Notes: generated by a model not told the origin, from the letters alone. DNA of 56,877 nucleotides, filler included, from Dugesia japonica (GCA_001938525.1; 5 parts of 5 records of this genome joined end to end with filler, not necessarily neighbours in it); one strand, 5' to 3'. Shown: positions 22,094 to 36,491, counted from the first letter of the whole stretch. Numbers and translations: made by a program.

Positions 22094-24769
22094 CTATGAC
22101 ATTTATATAAATAGAAAAAAAATAAAACTCTTATAGTAATCATTAAATAAAAATTCTTTTAAATTAAATAAATCAAAACGTTAAAATCATGTGTATAATA
22201 TTTTATTCAAAATTATTCATAACTAGATAACGAAAGAATAATAGCATTTTCTTATAATAATCAAGCTCCCAAGACACGACTCTTGCATTTTCAATATTCA
22301 TCATTTTCTCAACTTTTTTAATATANTGCTATTTGCCAATGTGCGACAACTATTCGAACCTTCTAATTGACAAATTTTTGATAAATTTTTTAATCATACG
22401 CTCCCTTCAATTTTAAACAGTTCTACAACATTTCTACTCTCCTTTCTTCAGATATTTCTATCGTGTAATTTCCAAACGTTTACTAGTTTCCGCGGTAGGA
22501 TTGTCAGAAATTTCCTCGACCTTTCTGCTGACCAAATTTTCCAAGTATTTTGCGATTTTCCATTGAAGAAATGACAATTAGTTTTACGACGTTTTTGTTG
22601 ACTAAATTTTCTAAATAGTTGTAGTTTCTCAGTTACCTAATTGTGTATTAATTTGAGGACGCCTCCGTTAATAATTTTCAAATATTTTCACTCAAATCTC
22701 TCTCTATTTTCTCTTGGTCCTCACTAGATTCACGCACTTTCTAAGTTGGTGCTGATATTCTATTTAATGAAGAATGCACTGAAAGAAAAGACATGATTAA
22801 ATTCTTCTAGATAATAGATAATAAAAAATTGCTTAAAAAGAATTTTGTATGAATCCTATATCAGGCTTAGTATTATTAACGAGTACAAAAAAAAGAGTAT
22901 GTGTGTTTGTATCCGAGTTTATAACGAGAGAGTGTTGCTGATCAGGTGAAAATGAGATGAGAAAAATCAGGCGGGCGTTTTGGTCGATGAATTTACTTAT
23001 CATAATTTTATCGAGACGATTTCTGCACGCATATGTGATCGGAATTCATGTTCTAACAAGATGACTAATCCTGTTAGTTTAGTCCTGACATACGTAGGTC
23101 ATTTATTCATATCTAGTAATAATAAAATTAATTCTAAAATTCTTTTTTAGACAAAATAAATCATCCGTAAATCAGTAAAAAATTTTATTAAGATTTTCAT
23201 CAAATAACAACAACAATTAACATTGAAAAACAAGAATTTTTTGCTTACTTTCAATCTTAATTTATTCTGCAACGGGAACAGTTTTCAATTAAATCTACTA
23301 TCGATTTCTGCTGCGAATGTTTTCTTCCGATACTGGGGAAATGTTTATCCACTAGCAATTTACTAGAGATTCCGATTAATTAATTTAATACGAATTGTGA
23401 TCTTACAACGATTAATATGAAAATCGATTTACGAATTTTTNNNNNNNNNNNNNNNNNNNNNNNNNNNNNNNNNNNNNNNNNNNNNNNNNNNNNNNNNNNN
23501 NNNNNNNNNNNNNNNNNNNNNNNNNNNNNNNNNNNNNNNNNNNNNNNNNNNNNNNNNCGATACAACCCGACATCGTTGCTATTGGGCTATTATTTTTGGT
23601 TCAAAATGCATATTTTCCATTGGTTCTGGGGCTAATTTTCAAAAATTTTCGTAGAGTTTTAGAACTCTTATTGGCCACTATTTTTAAATTGCCATGTGAT
23701 GTACGGGTCTTTGTTCTATGTTTATTTTTCAGCCCCTTATTGGCCTGTTTTTCCGATGCTTATAGGGGTCTTCCTGGTAATGACACGATTTTCTCATTAC
23801 CGAATCTTAATGTCCCCGATCTTTTCTTTCCNNNTTTTCTTTCCCCGAGTCTCTGTGATTATTTGTAAAAACGGATTTTTTGACTAATTTTAATTTATTT
23901 TCTGATAAAATTAATTACTATTTCTTTACTAATTAATTATTTTCTTAATAGTAATTTTTCTTCTTTTTATGATAAATTCTATTTTTCCTTAATTAACAAT
24001 GAATGATCGGGCTCGAATTTATTCCGTTTGAGATTCTCTTTCTGTCATATATATTTTCCTTGGTTTTTTAACATAGGTGCCATAAGTTTTATCCCATTCG
24101 CTATGTATTCTGGTCGATTTGTCTTTCTAAATTCTTCCACTCTATTTCTGAATTTATCCTTCTGTCTTTTATTTTTCTTCATTAACCAGTGTTTCACCCC
24201 AACAATATCAAACGCTAAATAGCGTGAATATAGTAATGAAATAGAGTCGTAGAGACCTCTTTTTAATAAATTATTATAGTACAGTATATTATTTTTATTA
24301 TTTAGTTCGTAATTTCCTCTTAGTATATATAATTTATATAACCGTCTCGCTAAAATTGGGTCTTCTACGCCCGATTTTTCTTTTCCGATCTTTTCTATAA
24401 TTCCAGATTAATTATAATAATGATAATTATAATAGTAATAATAATCTTGATAATACTTCCTGGTCCAGTTTACATTTCTTATTAATACTTTCATTGTTCG
24501 TTATTGTTTTCATTATTAATCATTTTAATTATTTATCATTTTCATTGCGTTCTAGCCCAACACTTTTAATTCTCCCAAAGTTAATTTAAACTCATTAAAA
24601 AATAGAGATAGAATCAATTAAAGTTGATGTATCAAGGCGTCAACATATCAATAAAAAATATGACAAAAATTTAATACAGACGATATATTTACATTCTTGT
24701 GGTGACTTGACCACCACAATAACATAAACATAAAAAATTCAGGACATTTACTCTAAATTATTTTTTGAC

Positions 24770-27003
24770 TTAAAGAAATGTTTCAAAAAGCACAAATTAT
24801 CAATTGATTTATCACTTAATTTTGAACGAATGTTTGTGATAAACAGTCCCGCNNNNNNNNNNNNNNNNNNNNNNNNNNNNNNNNNNNNNNNNNNNNNNNN
24901 NNNNNNNNNNNNNNNNNTATTTAAATTTTCAGTACGCTTTCCAGTGGCCTCGAAAATATTTATTTTCTTTGAGGTTTTTTAAATCGTAATGCTTACCTAG
25001 AATTGATGTTTCACCTTCCACCCGTTTGACATTACAAATAGCAGCATTCAATATTTCCTGAAGTGTTAAATCAACTTCGCTAAATTATCTTGAGGCAGCC
25101 GGCCGAAATATCAATGAAATGTCGTCTTCATTACCACGACTCTCGTCTATTTCTTGATTTTGTGCCGAAGTATTACTAGCATTCTCAATGTTTTGCCTAG
25201 TGAAGTTTTTTAACTGTTGCATGTAATGCACATTTGGATGGCAAGACCAATTTGGAATTGATATCTTCCGATTCATAATGATAATTTGACGGGCGGTTTA
25301 AAAAGTTTATTAAGCCTTCTGCTTCAAGTAAAGTAGCATTGCTTCTTCCAAGCCTTTCTAATCCAATTTGTATTGGCTGCAACGACTTTATTATTGTCTT
25401 CATTACTGCATATTCCTCATCGGAAATATCGAAAGATTCTGTTAAATCGATCATTGCTTTTAATACACATGTTTTTAATTCAAGGAATCTCTAGCATCGC
25501 AACAAGACTGTTCCATCTTGTTTTTGCATTCAATATTAACTTAAGTTTTTTTATCAGTTTTCATTTTTAAAAGATGATTTACTTTTCGAACCTTTTCTAT
25601 CATTTGCGAAATATTTACGTGATTTTGTAAATCATCAATGAAGTTAGAACTTGTTGAGCTGTATGAGTCGTCATTTTGTCCTAATTGATCAAATACAATT
25701 ATATCATCACACTTATCATCTTCACTATCATTTTCTTCAGAATCTTGAAACTGCAAACCTTTACTTTTAGTTTCAATATATGTTGTATCTGAAAAGGTTG
25801 ACTTTTTATATAGGACATCACAAACTGCTAAATGAAGCCCATGAGCATAACATAGTTGGTGGTCAATACTGCTTAGTCTCCCAAATTTTTTCATTACGGA
25901 TCCCCCGTCGGTGACACTTGCTACAATGTGCGTTTTCATCGATAAATTGAAATCTGACAATTTATTATCGACAAGAATCTCATTTTTTNNNNNNNNNNNN
26001 NNNNNNNNNNNNNNNNNNNNNACCCAAGTTCCAAAACTTGGTTGATAAGTGCAAATTCAAATTCAAATAACGTCGATTTTTTAAAGATGTATATTCATCC
26101 ATTGTAATAGAAAATCGTGTCCCAGTAGAAATTTGCTTATTAAATCCAATAACACACGTTGTATTGATAAATTACATTGTTTTTTGTTATCATATTCATG
26201 ACATGGAATGCATGTTTTGGTAAAACCATGCCTTTGTCAGACAAAGATTTTCGAATAAATTCACTTTTGGATATAGCATTTATGGAAAACTATCCACCGT
26301 GGCTAACTTCGATACAATCTCCTCGATAGTTTGCTGTTTAATAAATTTAGTGATTTTTCTTTGCACGTTGCCTGTCTCCAATCCATCGTCTTCATCTTCC
26401 CGTTTAATACCCAATTCTTTGTGAGCGTTATTTAAATGACGAAGGAGCCTAATTGTGGAAAACCCTTTGCACATTATCTTTTTATTGCACTTTTTGCAAG
26501 TGGCAGTTATTAGTAAAATATTGCCATGCTTTCGATCCTCCACTTACTATCGACCTGATTATAATAACGATTTTTTCATAAGACTAATTAAATCGATTTT
26601 TGATGGTAGTAGTCTAAAGATAATAAAATAATCGATAAATTAAATACAAATATCATTTTAAAACAAATAGACTATTACATTTCGATTTTGATATGGTAAA
26701 ACAAATAGACTACTACAAAATGTTCTTACTTACATTTCGATTTTGATACGGTAAAATGTATACATTTAACTTACAATTTTTTCAAATAAATTCAATAAGC
26801 TATTGATGACTAACTAGTTTTTCAAAGTTTCAAACTGCAATGCATTTTGCACTCTCATTTATGTTTATGAATAAACTATCTTACATAATTAAAAATATAA
26901 GAAGTTAAATTAAACAAAAAAATTGGTTTCCCGGGATATATTACTTATATCCCGCGTTTCAATTTTATCCCTTTGATCCCGGGATTCCGTTTAAGAAACA
27001 CTA
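24770..27003 (-). mobile_element. hAT DNA transposon with decayed BED-finger transposase (similar subfamily to 6488-8778)
   Basis: ATCKKC..LLRHLNNAH, FSITMDEYTS, SVTDGGSVM, CYAHGLHLAV, KTRWNSL and SIDNLCFLKHFF. The 5' terminus TAGTGTTTC.. is at 27003, with subterminal CCCGGGAT motifs. Confidence 0.85.
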
Positions 27004-27004
27004 C

Positions 27005-27511
27005 TAAAGGGGCTCGTCTACTAAATTTATTGCTTTATAACTTTATTTAGATTTTAATGAGTGCCAATTCGTCCAATATTCTGATGGTATCCAATTTTAA
27101 ATTTCACTATAGTTTTTGAATACTCTTTGGCTGCGTTATCCTTTTCCTCTTTCGACTCCTCGTCCTTTTCAAAATAAATTTGTACACATCAACTTTGTTG
27201 TGTGTGTGTGCTTTCATTGGATTGCCTAATTTTCGTTTAAATACAATACAAACCAAAATTTTAAGTTATTTATTTTTTTAAATAATTATTAATTTATAAT
27301 TTTAAAAGGAAAACAACAACTGAGAAATTTTTAAGTAATTGAGAGCCAGGAAACCGACATAGTAAAATTCGTGCGATTGCAGATAAATAAATTAATAAAT
27401 ACCATGAGTATAAAGTACATAAAAGTGATTTTAGAAGACATTACCAAAAAGACAGGGTTATATCATTACAGGCGTTGGTTGAGTCTTTTTGAGGCATTAG
27501 TTCATAATTTA
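27005..27511 (+). repeat. Interspersed repeat copy 2
   Basis: Diverged copy of 20641-21109. Confidence 0.8.
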
Positions 27512-28099
27512 GGTGTCGTTGATATTTTAATAAATATCCAACACTTGCAGTTTTACTTTATGATTTAATGAAAATATTAATTCTCTCTAAACATATTTTA
27601 CCCATGTCCTAGACCAACCAAAAGTAATTATTTAAAACTAGGTTTTTTCTAAAATCTATAATTGAAATTATCAGAAAATTAAATCGCAAAAAGAAGTAGT
27701 GAAAAAAAATTTTAAAAAAAGAAACGGAAAAATTATTTTTTTAAGAAAATGAAGAAAAGGTAAAAAAATGGAAGAGAAATAGCTAAAAAAAGTAAAAAAA
27801 AGACTACTAAAAAAACTTTTAGGAGGGAGGGGTAATTAAATCGACATCTGCATTTATTGTTTAAAAAAAAATCTGTTGCAGAAACCTCACTACAAAAATT
27901 ATTAGTAAGTACCATGTTACAATTTTGTTTTAAATATGTATTTATTTTCTAGTTAATAATCTCATTGAATATTAATCTATGATTATATTGTCAACTTTAT
28001 TTTAAAATTATAAAATAAAACATTAATGAGTTGGTAATATCGTTAGTCAGGTGTTATCGCTGAATTCTTGTCATTACGTCTCATAAAGTATTCGTTATT

Positions 28100-29343
28100 T
28101 ATGATGCCATCTCATCACTACAACATTCTCAAGGCTGAGTAATGTCAGAAATGTCAAAAACCAGGTTTTTACTATCACCACTCATGTACTACAAGCTCAC
28201 CGATCCATTATTTTCATTCATTTAAATGATCTGGGTAGCAATAAAAAAAAACATAGTAAGTGTGTAGACAGAGCAAGCGATGAATGAGTCACTCCTAATT
28301 TATCCAAACATCATGATTGCATTATGAAAAATTGAATATCGATTTATTTTTTGTCAACGACGTTTTTGCCTCCGGATAGTTGTCTACGAAATTTATCAAT
28401 TAGAAGGTACCTCTTTATTGAATCTGAGTACACACATGACAAAATCTGATGTAGATGCATTCGCCAACATCTAAAGTTGAATTACGATGAAGAGAAATTT
28501 TATTGAAATATTATTTCACAGGTGCATAGGTTTCTCCACTCCTTTCTCTCAGCCACGTTATCTCTGGATGACCGTGAATAATTATATAATTCTCTGCTCG
28601 TGCGAAGTGAGTAACATTCTGTCTCCGTGAATTCATCGTGTCTTAAGTGTAACTGCGATTACTATGATCAATGCTCGCTAAACTAGCATGAGTATGATTG
28701 TCTCGATTCCTGTCCTACATAATAAAGTTGATTAGCATCGTGACTTTGTTACTTCTTCTCATCTCTCTAGTATTATATTATCACTAGTCACATCATAATT
28801 GTTGTTAATTGTAATGCCCAATTGATATTATTATTATTAAAGTAGTGGTTTGATTTTAATACCCATATCTGTGTCATTGTCGAGGCCATTATCGTTATCA
28901 ACCCCATCATGACAATCATTCGTATTATTACATTAAATAATATTAAATTTTAAATAAAGTGCATTTTATAATCCTGATCATTTTAGGGACATTAATATCT
29001 TCAATGGTTGGATCTATGATTATCGTTAATTATTGGGATAGGGTTATTGTCCTCATGAAACGGGACCTGCTAACGAATTCAATGTCCTAAGTTAGACATA
29101 GAATACCGTTAGCCTCAGCTACAAGTAGTATGCATTTTTTTTAAACGCGATAGGGTCGACATCAGTGTTGCAATTACGGGGTTAAGTTACTGTCTTCTTG
29201 AGGAATCACTATAGCTCGATTACCTGTTTAATTTTAATTTAAGTGTTTTAACTCCGTGGCCTTCATAAATAGAGTAAATTGATAGTGAGGAAATTGCGAG
29301 CCCTCCATCTTCCAAATTAATATAAACAAAACTAAGATACATT
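28100..29343 (-). mobile_element. Highly decayed Gypsy pol (RNase H to integrase)
   Basis: Fragmentary motifs DPIAF..AEAN, an H..H/C zinc-finger-like region and KLGVTH. No long ORF. Confidence 0.45.
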
Positions 29344-29443
29344 NNNNNNNNNNNNNNNNNNNNNNNNNNNNNNNNNNNNNNNNNNNNTTAATTAATTAAN
29401 NNNNNNNNNNNNNNNNNNNNNNNNNNNNNNNNNNNNNNNNNNN
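29344..29443. other. Artificial contig linker
   Basis: N44-TTAATTAATTAA-N44. Confidence 0.95.
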
Positions 29444-29547
29444 TTAAAAAATAACAAAACTTGACTTAAATAACATGAACCCATAAATGATTTTGTCAGT
29501 GAACCTGAACCTAAACCTAACCCAAATTTGAGTGGTTTGCAACTCTG
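29444..29547 (-). mobile_element. Probable hAT-type terminus
   Basis: The minus strand starts CAGAGTTGCAAACCACTC and continues with GGTTCA/GGTTTA subterminal repeats. Confidence 0.35.
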
Positions 29548-30779
29548 GTTTGTAGCTATTTATTAGCTCTCAATCATTGGAATTACTAAAGATTTTTACA
29601 CAACACAGAATTCCATAAATAATTTCGATTCTACTTAAATTAGTTCAGAAATAAGATGTGACTTTTCTAATTTCTGTGTGAATTTCATTGCATACATTAA
29701 CTTATTGGTGTTTCTTTATTTTCAATAAAATTTTCATAAAATTTTGTCTGTAGTTTTAGACAAAATACAATGCGAATTTTGTCAGTCTAAATTTTTAAAT
29801 GTTTACTTATATTTTGGACACTTGAGAGTATCCATACTTTGTGTGTACAATGTTTATGTGTTCAGGATCCTTGTTTCTTGAGATTTACTTTTATATGACG
29901 TAGTTTGACGTCCTCTTAGTTTTTTAAAAATTTTAAATTCATTTTAAAAAGTATGGAAAATATATTTTATGTCACAAGTTGCCATTTTTATGCATTATGA
30001 GTAGGCAGATAGGCGAGCATCGTCACAACCCCCATTCTCTTTCCCAGCAAACCATAATGAGTTTACCCGATAACGTAATAGAAATGGAGTGTGACAAGAA
30101 TTTATTAAGCTCTGACGTGATCGATATTTACCAGTGGCGTCATTAATATACTATTACATTATAATTGTGCAATCATTACCTGAAAATTTAATTTCCTGTT
30201 AAAATTAGTGAAATTCATTATTTTTCTTTTAAATTAACCGATTTTTAAATATTTTTTGTTTAAATTGACCGCAATTTAATTTCTAAAGCAAACTATTATA
30301 AAATTTTGGTTTAAATTAGGTAAAATTTATGATTTTATTAAGTTACCCATAATTAGACGCGAAATCTTAAACTGATTAAGAATATCATAGTTTAAAACCA
30401 ATAAACTTTATACACAACAAATAAAATAGATAAATCATTAAAAGAAACATGTGTAATTAAGTGAAATTCCTCCGAGCAATATTAACATTAAAATATTTTT
30501 ATTTTAATTTTAGAAGTACAATCATATTTTACTCGTCAACCTCTCGTCTAATATACAAATCTAAGTCTATACCTACCCTCGGATTCGTGGCGTATACGCC
30601 ATGCTGAAAATTCTTTTTGGAATTGGGCACGATTGAAAAGAAACAAAATGTAAGCTTATATTTATACAATATTGAATACAGGATATAAAACAAATATATT
30701 ACAAACACAAAAAATAATGGAGGATAATAAACGATTACATATTATAATTAATGAAAAGTAAGAGTAACATTATAATATT

Positions 30780-32660
30780 GATTTCAAGATCACTTTCTTT
30801 ATAGCAAAAGTTTTCTACATTTAAATGAAGCAAATTTATCAATAATGTCTTAAAAATTAATATGTAAAATTTTATTTTCTATAAACATCATTGATAAATT
30901 TTGCAAATGTTATTGACCAAGACTATACCTTAGATAATTATTTGTGTTTAAGGACGCAGAATGATCGCTCTCCTGTTACATTGCATATTGGTAATGTTAA
31001 AATTTTTTTTTAAATAGTTTCATCATTAGAAAAGGTTGATTGCAATCCATCAATTATTATTTTATACATTTTGAAAAGGCACTCAATATTTCCTCTTTAA
31101 TGAATTTAAAAAAATGGTGAACTTTGTCATTGAAATAACATGTATCAATGTAATATTTATACAGTTCAGCTAATTTCGAAATAAATTTGTTTATTTCGTC
31201 ATAGGTCATGTCAAGATTTGAGAATAGCTTAAAATGATTTAATACCATCTTGTAGATAACCGATCTAGTAGAAATTTCTGTTACAATTTTTCCCAAATTA
31301 AGTTATGGGTTTCTACCACAAAAAATTCTCGCCCCACCAGGCTCATACAATTTATATGTGATTCATCGAACTGCATTTTTGTCTTTATACGTCTTTCTTT
31401 ACAACTTATATTATCAGTTAATAAAACTGCCTCATGTTCTATACTTTCAAAATCATTTACGCATTGAAATAAATTTATTTAAAATTGTTGTAATGAATGA
31501 CTCGTGATGTTTATTCTCTGCAATAATTTATCCCATATAACGGTTTGCTATGCATTTTCATACGTGTCTAAACAATTAAATAATTTTTTTGCTTCTAATT
31601 TAGTGATCGGTTATTCATTGACATTTTCGATAATACTATTAAAAGTTGTTTTAATATTTTTATAATTAATTAGTAAAACAAAAACTGCATCAGCTCTTGC
31701 TGACCATCTAGTCTCGTTAAGTCTTTTTATAAGTTTTGAATTATTATTGCTATAACTATCAACAAGCAGATTTCATCTATACATAGACGAAGATAAAAAT
31801 AAATAAATGATTTAAATTAAATCGAAATAATAAGCAGCTGAAGAACAAGCCTCAGCAGCAAAATTTCTAATTAAATTTAGGGAGTGACTTTTTAAATTTA
31901 AAAAGTGGCAGATTTTTTAAAATTCTTTATTCTAGCTTGCAAACCATTATACTTGCCAGCCATATTAGCTGCATTGTCGTAACTTTGCCCACGGCAATCT
32001 TTTAGATCTTAAGACAAGTTATTTAACTTTTTGGTAGTAATTTCTTAGAAATATTTGGATTCGTGACTTTTAATTTCCAATAAGCCAAAAAATTGTTTCT
32101 TTACATATCCCTCTTTGTTAACGTATCTTAATATAAATGTTAATTGATGTATATGGCTTATATCTGGTGTAGAATCAACAATTATCGAATAGTATAAAGC
32201 TTCCTGAACCTTTGAAATTAGTTTCCCTTTTAAATTAATAAATTCATCACATTTCGTGTGAGATAAATAGTTAACTCTGCCACTTCCGATATTGTCATAT
32301 CTCTCTAAGTTGTCTTGAAGAAAATCGTCAAACTGTGCCAAATATTCTGTACATGTTATAAAATTTCCATTTCTATGTGAGTCAACACCTTCTCTGTGTC
32401 CTCGAAATGCTATACCCAAAATAGCTAATAATTTCACTGTTGCTGCAATTCTCTTTAAAACTTCTCGCCAATATTTTTGTTCGGTTTCAATTTGTTAACT
32501 AATGGGGAATAAATGCGTCAAGTTAATGATAATCTTTTTTTAAACGTTAACATTAAAGAAAAATGGTCTTTAGAACATTTATGGTCTTTTAATGTACGAT
32601 TAATATTTTTTCAGTCATTATAACGAGTTATAAATTTATTATTAGAATGAATAAAAAGTT
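30780..32660 (-). mobile_element. hAT transposase pseudogene (ZMYM1/DUF4371-like, Tip100 clade)
   Basis: IAFRGH..GNF, YYSIIVDSTPDISH..QLTFILRYV, CRGQSYDNAANMAG, ETRWSARADA and LPICNVTGERS. Confidence 0.88.
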
Positions 32661-32709
32661 TACAAACATATTAGTAGATCGAAACTTTTATTTTAAATGA
32701 ATTAATTGT

Positions 32710-33041
32710 ATTTTCAAAATTAATCACCATTGTAAATGATTGTAATTGAATATTAAATATTACTCAGAATCTAATTTATCAAGGAGGCGATCATAAAACC
32801 CGTAACTTAAATGTACAACACTTGGTTCTATTTAAAAATTTAAGAGATCAAACAGTTGTTGGTTTTCTAGCAAGACAAACGTATCCAAGCAATTGACAAT
32901 TTGTTATGAATGCATTCAAATATGCATAAGTGAATCCACACCAATATCTTTTTTCTAAACTTTATACAACAATGTCTTAATGAACCTAGAGTGAGAACTG
33001 ATATTTTTAATCCAAAAGATGTTACAATATACAAAGAATAA
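32710..33041 (+). pseudogene. Maverick/Polinton packaging ATPase (A32-like), C-terminal half
   Basis: ITQNLIYQG..NLNVQHLVLFKNLRDQ..FLARQTYP..YLFLN..RVRTDIF with internal stops. It is not in the ORF track. Confidence 0.8.
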
Positions 33042-33412
33042 ACGTAATTTCTTATTTTATTTACAAATGGCAAAATTTGCAAAAGTTTTAGTTTATCGAA
33101 TCAAGTGTAAAGGAATTGAACAAGGCAACATACAAGATAGTATTCAAAAAGATATTAAAACAATAAAGAAGACAACAAAGAAATTAACGAAGATTGTTAT
33201 TAAAAGGAAATCAACAAAGAAGAATCAATCCAAGAACTAGTTGAATAAATTCAAGACACTGTCAAAAGGTTTTTGAAAGAAGCTATCAAATGTAAACGGA
33301 AATGAATATTAGTCTAAACAAATAACTAAATGTTTTAATTAATAAAAACTATGAAATTTCAAAAAAGTCTTCTGTTTTATATGTTTTACTCAAGGCTTTA
33401 AAAGAGTCTAGA

Positions 33413-33680
33413 ATGAAAATATTACAGTCATTTCCATCGCTTTTGTTAACGATTTACTAGTAATTGTTGAAAAGTCTTTCATGGTAATGTAGTTATAAGT
33501 ATAGGTAAAAGACAAGCATTGTAGAAGCCTAAGAAATCATTGCTACAATGAATTGGACATTGATAAGGGAATTATTGTATATACGATATGGCGGTTTTAT
33601 AGCTGGATTACTACCAATTGTATTGAATGCATTAGGTCTAGCAAATTTTGCATAAGCAATAGGTAACTTGGAATCATTAT
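33413..33680 (+). pseudogene. Small conserved Maverick ORF (PW/core-protein-like) relic
   Basis: HGNVVISIGKRQAL..K and GGFIAGLLPIVLNAL, located between the ATPase and the integrase. Confidence 0.5.
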
Positions 33681-33719
33681 AACGAATTGATCTCCAATTT
33701 ACATCAAATTACTGTAATG

Positions 33720-34700
33720 GACAAAATCATAACGATATGGACTGATCATTAAAATCCAGTAGGATCTAAAGGAATTGAAAACCTATGGAAAGCAACGTAA
33801 AATTCAAAAACGATATGAAAAAGTGATTATCGAATCAGTTAGCATACAGTCTGAACAAACCAATGTTGAAAGGTTTTCCAATAAGACTGTATAAAAAATT
33901 TCGTACAGATGATTTATATCAAACTAATTTGATTGAGATGATTCCATATTCAAGAATTATTAAAAAATATACGTAAATTTTGACACATGTTGAGGTATGT
34001 AGTGGATTTACGAGAGCTGTTCCAGTTAAATCAAAATATGCAAATGAAATGAGAGCTGCAATCAGGTTAATATTCATAAAATGACATACAAGTTGATTTA
34101 GGAAAGGAAGTTTACATTTCAAAAGTTAAGAATTTTTTTTCACATCTCGAAATAAACGACTATTCTGTATTCTCAAGACACAAAGCAAATTATGTTGAGA
34201 GATTTAATCGTATATTGAGAGATGCTTTGAAAAAGTACTTTGTACATGAAAGTTATAATCACACAAGTCATAAGAGATTAAGTGGTGCAAGACCCGTAGA
34301 TTTATCATTTGAAAATTCAATGAAATTATGGTTATTGAGACAAAAACCAAAAACAATTAAGAAACCAAAATATAAAGTTGTTGATCATGCAAGAATCTCA
34401 ATGATATCAGCTTCCCGATTCATCAAGAATTTCGATAATAATTGGAGTGATGAAGTGTTTCAAATATCGAAAATCAATGCCAAACAAAATCTAATCATGT
34501 ATATGATTAAGGACTATGAAGATAATATTGTTCAAGAAAAATTCTATGAACAGGAATTCCAAGTGATTCTACCACCAACAGTATTTAGAATAGAAAATAT
34601 TTTCAGATTATAGTAAAGTAATGAGAATAAACAATTATATGTAAAGTGGCAAGGATACAAAAAACCTACTTGGATAACACCATCTCAAAAATTTAATTCA
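33720..34700 (+). pseudogene. Maverick retroviral-like (RVE) integrase with C-terminal chromodomain
   Basis: LSNQLAYSLNKP..FP..DDLYQTNLIEM, RAVPVKSK, YVERFNRILR, KPKYKV.DHARIS..NWSDEVF..FYEQEFQ and LYVKWQGY..TWI. Confidence 0.85.
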
Positions 34701-34739
34701 ACAAAGAATAATTTTTCAAATAAAAATAAACAAAACGAA

Positions 34740-35090
34740 TAATTTCTATACAGTTTTACCGAGTAATAGCTGTCCATTTATTCATCCAAATAATAATGGT
34801 AGTAATTCTCAAATATGATTTTTCTGGTTAGTCAATTTCTAGATTTCACCTTTGTATATTCTACTTTTCCATTTTATAGCAAATCCAATATTGAATACGT
34901 AATTGGAAAAGATGAATGGAAGGAAATACTTGTTGCAATTGATAACAAAGAAAGAAAATGAGTACAAATGATGTTGTTGTTGAAGAATTTGGAAAAACAA
35001 ACTTGCAAATCAAATTAATAAACCACGATTATGATTTGATATTTGATTATCTTGAGAATATAAACACCACAACAAAATTAAATTAATCAA
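34740..35090 (+). pseudogene. Maverick minor capsid-like (PX) N-terminus relic
   Basis: FYTVLPSNSCPFIHPNN immediately after the integrase matches the usual FY.TLPSNS start of the gene at that position. Confidence 0.5.
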
Positions 35091-36491
35091 ATTAGATTTG
35101 TTTACTGGACTTTCATTTGCTTTCAGCCAAACATTTTCAAATCTAAAATTCTCTGAAAAGTGAAAAATTTAAAAATACAAGCACTATGAATTTTCAACCA
35201 TACTTAAGTTTCATTTATCATTCTTCTCATAAAAATAGTTTTTATCTTTCAAGTTAATTCGACAAATGTATTATTTTATTTCTACAAATCTAATTTTTTG
35301 TTGAAAAATATTTTAAATATTGATTTTTTCATTTTGTAATTTTATTATTAAATCTACAAAATATTTTCACAAAATTATAATTCCTACAATAAAATATTTT
35401 TTCTCTTTCAAATTAAATTGGCTAAGCTATAATTTTATTTTGATAAAAAGGAATATTTTGTTTTAAATCAGTTTAAATATTGATTTTTCATTTTGTAATA
35501 TGTTAACAATTTAAAATTTTTTGTAAAAAAATATTTCTGTGGAAACTATTAGAATGAAGAAATGTTGTTTGTTTTATAAATTTTTGAGTAATTAAAAATT
35601 TGTGAGTAAAATGTTTTAATCTTAATGTCAATGATGTAGTTAAAATTTATTCCATCGCTTCAGTATTTGAAAAGAGAATTTGAAATAAATGTTATTACCA
35701 AAATTTGAACAAACACATTAATGACATAATAATGACTAATATTGATTGTCAATTGACTTACCATCTTCGACAACGGTTGGTAACCTTTGACCGTAGCCGG
35801 TCTAAATTGGCCCATATCTTTTATTTGTTTCAATGATATAAGCCCATTCAGAAGCATAAGCAGATAAATGAGTAGAAAACTATCATGAAATTTACCGATG
35901 ATTAATTTTTTCATTGCTTGCATTATCTTAATATTATTATACAGCGCGTTAGCAAATTACGTTTTGAACAAGATTTGGCATTAACGTTTTCTCAGAACTT
36001 CTTTTTCATAGACGTCACACAATTTCTTTCGCAAATAAATCGCATTACTACGGTTTCGTTAATTAAACAATAATATATATCTAAAATGCAACTTTTCAAA
36101 GTTCATTTTAAATGTGCTAACAAAATAATATTTGATATATTAAAACAATTTTTAAAATAATTCATACTAAAACTATCAATTTTTAAAATGGATATTTATA
36201 TAATAATTTCTGACGATAGCTAATGCCATAAAATAGGAAGTAAATATACATTCGAAAAAATTGAAATTACTTTCCGAAAAACCCAATAAATCCGTTCATT
36301 CTTTTTGATAATAATTCAAACTTTATTGAAACAACAAAGCCCGATTTTGTCACTTTATTTCTTGCATATGAATAGTGTTCCTAAAAAATCAATGTGTGGC
36401 CGTTGATTTAAAGGTTTTTAGATTTTAGTAGTGTGTGCAAAATGTTTCGTTCTCTAGATTTACAAATTTAGATAAAATGATTAAATATATC

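Noticed and set aside
24695-24720. TGTGGT..ACCACA palindrome as a possible LTR start
   Set aside because: No second LTR, PBS or TSD could be identified.
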